The position numbers were made by a program, and so were the translations under genes. DNA of 64,000 nt from Balamuthia mandrillaris. Its lineage: Eukaryota. The stretch spans positions 186,001-250,000 of the forward strand of contig JAVKOQ020000007.1 of assembly GCA_031835245.2 (NCBI GenBank), read 5' to 3'. Position 1 is the first letter of the stretch. The number at the start of each line of letters is the position of its first letter. The notes beneath the pieces are model-generated. The model saw nothing but the letters and a program-made list of their open reading frames with translations. It was not told the DNA's origin and searched no databases. Shown piece after piece: positions 61,165 to 64,000 of the stretch.

Positions 61165-62561
61165 GTTTCTCTTAGGAAAAGGAAGAACAAGCACTAGAGT
61201 GAAAGAGAAAGTACTCACTACTAGACATAGCGTCGGGATAAAACTTTGTGTGTCGCTACTTTTCTTCCTGTTTGCGTAGTGAAGAACGAAAACTTTTTAC
61301 AAAAGTAGCAAGAAGGGGAAAAAGTGATCATAAAGAGGGGCCTCAGTGGCAAGTGTGCAAAACATTCATGCTCTGAAGGGGTGAGGCGAGCCAAAGCGAA
61401 AATAAAATACAGAGGGGCGAACATGGTTTTGTTCGTCAAGATGTGTAAGATCACAAAGAGCCTACCTTATCACTGCGCGTAACACTCGATCTTTGTGTGG
61501 CAGGCCTCCCAGTGGACCGACCGTAGCGAGTAGTGACAGCTGCAGCTACTCCAATCCTTTCAATCGTTTGGAAAAATTTTTTTTTCTGTTTGATTTTTTG
61601 TTTCTTTTTTGGCGCGTTTTTCCTTTTCCATAAATTCGTGTCGACAATGCAGGAGGGGTCGATTCACGGAGTTTAAATGTCCACACTAAATTCCCATTGG
61701 GTACTGATGAGATCATTCAAACAAAGCGCAATTAAAATCACCACCAAGTCTCCTCCAAGTGGCTGAACCGCCCGTGGTCAGTGTGCACAATGCCGGGCAT
61801 GCGCGGTTCACTGGAGCTCTTCCGGAGGACCATCCGGTGCTCAAGTGGGTAGAACGGTTCTTGTGCGCTCCCCCTGACGAGCGGACCACCTCCCAGGACT
61901 GTTGTGTAAATGTGGCGAGGCCCTGCTGATGCCCGTGGAGGACCAGAAGCGCCTAGCAACAACATATTACTCAGTTACTTGATTCCGTCTGGGTGATGCG
62001 GTGTCCTACGTTGCCTAAGAAGTCAGCTTTGGGTCTTTGCTATGGCTACGGGTTGGCCCATCCACGGCGAAACAGCCGGCGCCTGCGCCGTGCAGCTCAC
62101 CGCCAAGGAGGGGTCCTGTAATGTCCGTAGCGGGAGCTGGAACGTCCCGTGGGCGTTGTACCGCCGTCTCTGCCTGATGTACTGTGGCCACATCAACTGT
62201 AGCTCCGCGCGAGACAATTTTCTGGAAAAACTGCGAAGGACGCTGCAAGCCGAGGCTGCTGTACCTGCCAACACACCTCTTTCGTTTCTTTTTCTTTCTC
62301 GACAATCTTTTTTTTGGTCAGCTATCCTCCATCTGATCCGTAGAGGTCAGAGCGACACAACCTGGAGAAAAATCTGTCCAACCGCAATAATCCGCACAGA
62401 TAATTTTGGTATCCAATCGCCGGTGAATTGTGAAGCTTTGGTCAAACCCGCTTTTTTGCTGTGTGCGTCTCTTTATATATCAGCGAAAACAAAACCACGC
62501 AACAAAAGAAAAAAGAAACACGTCGCCAATCCTCTCTCTCTCTCTCTTTCCCCCAACAACC

Positions 62562-64000
62562 ATGCAAGACACCGCCACAGCGATAACCTTCAAGAGCCAG
62601 TTGGAGCCTTTGGACTTTCCTCTGGCCACCATCACCCAGTTCACCTTCCAAGGCTGGCAGTCGGTCCAGGACAAGGCGGCCTTGGTGGACGTCTCTGGCC
62701 GCCAGTATACCTACGGTCAGCTCTACGGCGCTATTCAAAAGGTTTTTTTTTTGTTTTTTAAAAAACACCACCACCACATTTTCGTTTCTCTCTTTCGTTT
62801 TGTTTCTCATCTTTTTTTTTTTGGTTCTTTTTTTCGTGGTTGCAAAATATTCATAACAATAGGTAGCGTTGGGTTTGCACCAACATGGAGTGAGAAAGGG
62901 AGACGTGGTGTGCATCTTCGCGCCCAACCTCCCCGAGTACCCTATTGCCTTTCATGCCGTCGCTTCGCTTGGTACTGCTTCTACCTGCGCTCTGCTTCGC
63001 TTCCTTTTTGTCATTTTCTTTCTTTTCTTTTTCTTTTTTTTTTTTTTTTTTTTTGGTTTGCACGTGTTCTTGTCCTTCTTCTCGTCTTGTTCGTATGCCT
63101 TCGCGATGCTTCTCTGCTTTGCTTCTTCTCTCTTCCCGTTTTCTTTCTTCTGCTTCTGCTTCTCTACTTCATTTAGCTGGCGTTAAACAACAACTATGAT
63201 CAAAAGGTGCTATCGTAACGGGTTGTACGCCGCTGGCAAGCACAGAGGAATTGGCCTACCAGCTCAAAGACAGCGATGCCAAGTTCCTCATTACTATTTC
63301 TCTCTTTCTTGAAAAGGTGAGTTCTTTGTTCTTCTTCGTGTTCGTGTTCTTCAACTCGCTTCTCTTGTTTCTGGTTGTTTTTATTTCTTAGTTGTGTCTC
63401 TTCTTTTTAGGCAAAAGCTGCTATGCAGACGCTGGAGACTCCCATCCAGGAAATCTTCGTCTTTGGCGAGGCCGAAGGAGCTACCCCTTTCGCAAGCTTG
63501 CTGAAGGCTGAGGGAGAGGTTTGTTGTTACCACACGATTTTCTCTCCTCCTCTGTCTTCTGTCTTCTTTCTCTTTTTCTTCTTACATCCCTTTTGTTTTC
63601 TTCTCGCATAGATGCCAAACGTGGAGATAAATCCTAAAACGGATACTGTGGCCATCCCTTATTCAAGTGGTACCACTGGTTTGCCCAAAGGAGTGGAGCT
63701 CACCCACCTCAACCTTGTCACCAACGTTTGCCAGATAGAGGCCGTGTTGGACGACATCAAGGAGGATGATGTCTTTATTGGTGTGCTTCCATTCTATCAC
63801 ATCTACGCCATGATTGCCATTCTGAGCCTTGGGCTTCATAAAAAGATCAAGACTGTTATAATGCCCAAGTTTGATTTGGAACAGGTAATTGACTTTTCTT
63901 TTGCTCCTCCTTCTCTCTGTACTGATGCAACGATCTTGCAGTACTTGCAAATCGTTCAAGAACATAAAGTTACATATGCCCACATCGTACCACCCATCGT
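62562..64000 (+). CDS. 4-coumarate:CoA ligase/luciferase-like acyl-CoA synthetase (runs off the window)
   Basis: GVRKGDVVCIFAPNLPEYP, AMP-binding motif PYSSGTTGLPKGVELTH, VLPFYHIYAM. Confidence 0.94.

Overview
Compact, intron-rich eukaryotic genomic DNA, not prokaryotic. It holds about 31 protein-coding genes, mostly in divergent or convergent pairs, with short (~70-300 nt) GT-AG introns full of (CT)n/(CTT)n microsatellites. The style suggests a free-living amoebozoan (Balamuthia-like); this is inference only. Recognisable genes: eIF5A (partial), M17 leucine aminopeptidase, bZIP factor, PQ-loop protein, shugoshin, MO25, ankyrin/ARM protein, DCN1-like, coproporphyrinogen oxidase, ABCG, LRR protein, atypical Rho GTPase, FSH1/OVCA2 hydrolase, cystatin, RhoGEF, TKL kinase, PhyH-like dioxygenase, TPR/F-box protein, enoyl-CoA hydratase, RasGEF, SSRP1, ITPase, dual-specificity phosphatase, XRN-like nuclease, ENT-domain protein and a 4CL-like ligase (partial). 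I saw no rRNA, tRNA, CRISPR array or transposase. The most notable signals are: an unusual intron grammar (frequent AAG acceptors after A/C-rich runs; pyrimidine microsatellites on the sense strand); recurring promoter words (GTCGAC at 17-18 bp spacing, an exact 17-mer in two divergent promoters, a CRE, an RFX X-box); inverted plus direct repeats bracketing the F-box gene; and several divergent paralogues. CDS coordinates are gene spans including introns, deduced by eye.
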